From assembly GCA_002269645.1 (NCBI GenBank), contig NIVC01000702.1:372001-436000 (forward strand): a stretch of 64,000 nucleotides of DNA, written 5' to 3'. The position numbers and the translations under genes are program-made. The stretch is from Macrostomum lignano (taxonomy: Eukaryota). Under the pieces are notes generated by a model, which was not told the DNA's origin, did no database searches, and saw nothing but the letters and a program-made list of their open reading frames with translations. Within the stretch, counting starts at the first letter, position 1, and every line of letters starts with the position of its first letter. Shown here one piece after another: positions 59,346 through 64,000 of this stretch.

Positions 59346-62300
59346 CTCCTTCATCCGTACAATCACGCCCTAAATTTTAAGGGCCTAAAATCAAGAGTTT
59401 CAGGTCGCACTCCTTTCTTATTCCTTAATCCCCATTTATCGACAACAATTTTAAAAGCTTAATTGAGTTAAAAGCCTTGACAGCAGCTCAAATATCCAAG
59501 AAGAGTCAACCATTTTATAACTAACGACTAATTAACAAGCAATTATTACAACGCCCAGCTACGATAATTTCGCAATGGTCAGTCAGTCATTTCCCAGTCG
59601 TTGAGGTTGAGGATTAACGGAATTTCAAGTCTCAAGTTTCCAACAGAACAGGCACAACACACAGTGAGAGGTGAGACACGGTATTTGAGACATGGATTTG
59701 ATTAATTTCCTGCCTCAGAACACTATGATTAGTTCTACATAATGCTGATTTTCAGTTGTTGTAATCTGAAATCGTACGAATTAACAGTCATTTTTTATAT
59801 TAACTTCCACTTCGATGACTTCATGCTTTGATTTGATCTGTTTTAAATTAAATATAGAAATGCTGGCTACTCTATCTACACTTCTAAAAATACGCAGAAT
59901 GGAGAAAGTTTGGTATGATTCAAAATATAACAAATAAAGCTTATTCCCTTTCACTTACCTTTTTAAATAATAGTAATCCTCCTGACCTCCTGTCGTCTGT
60001 CGAAAGGAATGGGGCTAAATACGAGGTATTTTCAATCAATGTTTAGGAAACTTCTTGTAGTTTTAATCAAATCTACACTTGACACTTGGTCGTTCGCATT
60101 AGCTGTTAATATGTTATCTATCCTTGACTTGACCTTATCCTATCCTTCCTTCCTTGGGTCTATAGCTGAACTAATTTTCTATATCAACTAAACATCCCAA
60201 GTAAGGCCTATATAAGGCCTAGAGGAGGACGAGTTCAGTGGTGTACATTCAGAGTGGGGTTACCACTAGATTCTAAAATGGGTCCCGGCCCGCTCCACCA
60301 ATAAGCAGCGTTCTTGTCCGTCAACCCCTGCGAACAGCACCCCCCGCGCACACACACCAAACCGACCGGACCATTTCCCGCGATTTCCATTAAGGCCCTT
60401 CAAACCCTAGCGCCCTGCCTAATTTAAAGTTTACGCCTTATCATCTTATCTTGACCGTTCATCTATCTCATCTAGGCATCTTGTCTAGTCTAGAGCACTG
60501 TACACCCACCCTGTTGTTCCTCTAGAGGCCGGAGGAACCGAAGAGCAATAACAAGAACAGTTGAATACACAGATAAGATAAGAGAAGCTCTTATTTTTAT
60601 TGTTAACTGTAAAAAAACTGCGATTAAATTCTAAAGCTTGTTAAAAACTCCTTAATCAGTAGTTTTAGCTGAGACAATTTTGTCCACAAGCTAAGCCCAT
60701 TTAAAAATTTATTTCAGAGCCAGAGTAACTCGTTTCCGTCGTTATAAGCTCATTTAGTTGGTACACTCTTAAGTCCCAAATAACAAAATAGCTCACCATC
60801 CAATAATTAGAGTAATTAAGAAAATTTTCTAAACCAACTAATTACGTATAACGTAGTTGAATTTTTAAAGAAAGAAATGAAGCAAGGTTAGATTTATAAT
60901 CATAGTTAGATTTTTATTGCTCAATCTTTAACCTACTGTATAGACTGCAGATGTATAGACTATATAACAACTTATACAGCTCACTATTTAATCTTGGAGT
61001 CTGACCGTGAGAAACATTTAATTCCAAGTTAAAGCTACACTAGACTACAGTACCTGATTTTTTTCATGTGTTTTAAGCACGCGAAATTACTCAAAATACA
61101 GTAAGTTTGAGGACCCAGTCTAGCTACTTTTAAGTAGTGCAATAGTAAAATAGTAGAGAAAATCTATTCGATGCTTAGTGATTTTTTGTTAGTTTTTCAC
61201 AATCGATAATATCACACTGTTTGGGAATCACCATTCCCGGAATAAGGCCTAAATCCCGGGATCGACCATCGGAATCCCAATCCCGCTTTGCAATAATTCA
61301 ATCATTTATTCATGAATAGTAGTATCTGCAGCTGAGATACTTGTCAGGTGAAAATCTTAACCCAGTTGTCCTTAGTTAGATTTTTTATCATTTAGGCATG
61401 TAGTAGGCTAGTGAGTAGAAGGCTATAGGTCTGCAGGGATACAAAACTTAATGTCAATCTCACACTTGTCTGTCACTCAATTCCTTTCACTGATCGCACA
61501 CTATTAATAATCTGACACAAAACTATAACGGATAAATCCGTAGTGTTTAATAACATTTAAATATATTTGACAGATACAATTAAAGCACGTTTCCACGAAA
61601 ACACGTGCATGAACTGGACGCGAGTAAAACACAATTTTACATTCTGGAAGATAAAGCCTTAGGGTGGGTGTACACAGCTGAACATAAAAAACTCCAAAAA
61701 ACCAACGAAACACGTTTATATAATAAAAATTTTAACAAAAGAGAAAAATTTATATACAGAAAATGAAACGAAAAATTCGCTTGACTTCCGAATCACTTTG
61801 TACATGTAGAAAAGGAATTTTTCGCAACTTTTTAGAGACTTTGCTTGCTTTAATTAATAAATAAAAAGTGATTTATTATTTAAAACAAATAAAACTGTTA
61901 TTGAACGATATTACTATGTATGCACGAAATAAATTTGTAAAAATGCATGACAATATAGATTAGAAATTATGTAGTTTTTACAGTACAAACAATATTAAAA
62001 CGAGTAAACTTGGGATGTAGATAACAATTAATAGTTAAAAAATTATGGTAAACACATAAACATATTGTAGTGCATTCGATTGCAGCAGGGAAAGAATTGT
62101 TTAGAGAAAAACAAAATAAAAGAAAGTTTTCCTTAATGAATATTTGCAATTATTTTGCACTATTTTGCATTTTACACTTATCTAAATATTGAACTGAACC
62201 AGACAATGAGGAGCTTTAATTTGTTTTAGTGCGTAAACATTAAAGGCGTATGTAAACAAACAATTTAAATTCGTGTCAAATAAATTTCATTTTAACCAGT

Positions 62301-63284
62301 TTCTTTTTAATTAAACAATAAATTTTCTGTGAAAGATATTAAAAAATATTGTTAGACTGTGACTCCTGCAGAACTCAGTTTTGGCGCCAATTTAAACTGT
62401 CTGCAAATTAAAACCTGTTAATTAAAACAAAACAAAATACGTACTAATGGATGAAGTCAGCTACTAGTACATAACTTAGACCACAAATACACCAAAAACT
62501 CGTGTAATGGGAAACAAAGTAAGGAATAATATAATGGACTAATTTAACCATAAGCATATAGATGTCATGTGTGTATGCACAGTATAAAATTTTATACTGT
62601 ATTTACTGTAGACTCAATTTTTTTGTCAAATATTGGAGATTGTTTAAATAAATTCAACTATTCCGTATGGTAAATGAAAATTTAGCCCGAAATCTTAGAT
62701 TTCATATGGCTAAACGTTAAAATAACAAGCAAAAATAATTAATTGAAAAACAACCAGTTACATAATTTAAAAATATTAGGAAATGTATTCTTATATATAA
62801 AAGATCAGAATTGAGTATTTTGCTCGAGTTTCGCTCCGACAAAATAAGCACAAATAGCGTGCAATATACTGGATATTGTTAAATAAAACAAGCGACATAT
62901 CGCAGACTCGCTATCATACTACTCGTTTTAAGTGGCAGGCTAGTAGTATAGATTTTTAATTAAATAATGAAAAATCGAAAACAAACAAAAGAATATCTAC
63001 AGCATTACAACAATAAAAGTGTCACAAACCAAAGTAAAATCCAGCTTAAAAACGATATCATTGTTTTTTAAACGGGTTAATTGATATAACAAAGCTTATT
63101 ATGTACAATGCTTGCCACTCAGTGTGGACTACTCAAAGTATTGTTGGTTGAATCAATGGCCCAGTACGTTGCGCTGCCTACTGCATGTTCGCATGACTAT
63201 GAATACGCTGAAAAGATTATTGAGTTAGTTGATTAATAAGTGTGGGTATGAGTATGACCTTTTAGTATTTTCAGTTTGGGGGGA

Positions 63285-63830
63285 GAGAAGATTGCTAGGG
63301 CTGGTAACTGGGTAGCTAGGGTCCGTAGCTGGGTTGCTACGATCGGTAATTGTGTTGCTAGGGGTGGTAACTTGCTTGCTAGGGGTGGTAACTTGCTTGC
63401 TATGATCCGTAGCTGGGTTGCTAGGGTCGGAAACAGGGTTGCTAGGGTCGATAACCGGGTTGCTAGGGTCGGTAAATGGGTTGCTAGGATCGTAACCTGG
63501 GTTGCTAGGGTCGGTAATTGGGTTGCTAGGGTCGGTAACCGGGTTGCTAGGGCTGGTAACCAGGTTTCTAGGGCTGGTAACCGGGTTGCTAGGATCGGTA
63601 AATGGGCTGCTACAATCGGTAATTGTGTTGCTAGGGCTTGTAACCGGGTTGCTAGGATCAGTAACCGGGTTGTTAGGATCGGTAATCAGGTTGCTGGGGT
63701 TGGTAACCGGGTTTCTAGGATCGGTACCCAGGTTGCTAGGATGGATAACCGGGTTGCTAGGGTCGGTAATTGGTTTGCTAGGATCGGTAAACGGGTTTCT
63801 AGGATCGGTAACCGGGTTTCTATGGACGGT
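63285..63830. repeat. 21-bp minisatellite (GGGTTGCTAGGGTCGGTAACC)n
   Basis: About 25 degenerate tandem units. Confidence 0.9.
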
Positions 63831-64000
63831 AATGTGGGCATCTTGTTTCTCAAAAAGAAAATGGTTGCCTGCCCGGGGATCGAAACAGGAACAGGGGTAC
63901 CTCAAGTTGCCAAAAAAGCTACAAAAACAACAAACTCACGAAGCGGCCCCGAAGATGAAGCAGACAGCGTGAGTGATGGCGCTGACAACCGGCTGGGGAT

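Noticed and set aside
63225-63972. (DPSNPVT)n mucin-like ORF on - and a possible plus-strand exon near 63890-64000
   Set aside because: The ORF is a 21-bp satellite translation. The exon candidate is truncated by the window edge, with no consistent upstream phase partner.

Overview
Eukaryotic, repeat-rich animal genomic DNA. GC-rich, polyQ-bearing exons and minisatellite-filled introns resemble a free-living flatworm such as Macrostomum, but this is inference only. Supported genes: (1) an intronless aminergic GPCR of the alpha-adrenergic-like octopamine receptor type (625-1977, +); (2) two SLC6 amino-acid-type neurotransmitter:sodium symporter genes arranged head-to-head as an inverted duplication (copy A on -, 12921-20088, with a 1-nt frameshift in exon 8; copy B on +, 21338-27053, intact, about 611 aa), separated by about 1.1 kb; (3) a 10-coding-exon protocadherin with 7 cadherin repeats (29386-42897, -, 1119 aa by my splice model). 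The rest is largely tandem repeats, several inside non-autonomous transposons: a TIR element beginning 6 nt after the GPCR stop codon and a head-to-tail Helitron dimer (50143-56303). There is also a CORE-like tRNA-SINE. The most notable signals are: (a) patchwork identity between the SLC6 arms, with islands of divergence at amino-acid-changing sites including the TM8 substrate-pocket residue; (b) intronic minisatellites that multiply 5' splice-site sequences; (c) transposons carrying satellite arrays; (d) several weak candidate unannotated exons. Most long ORFs in the supplied track are repeat artefacts. All splice models and alignments were made by eye.
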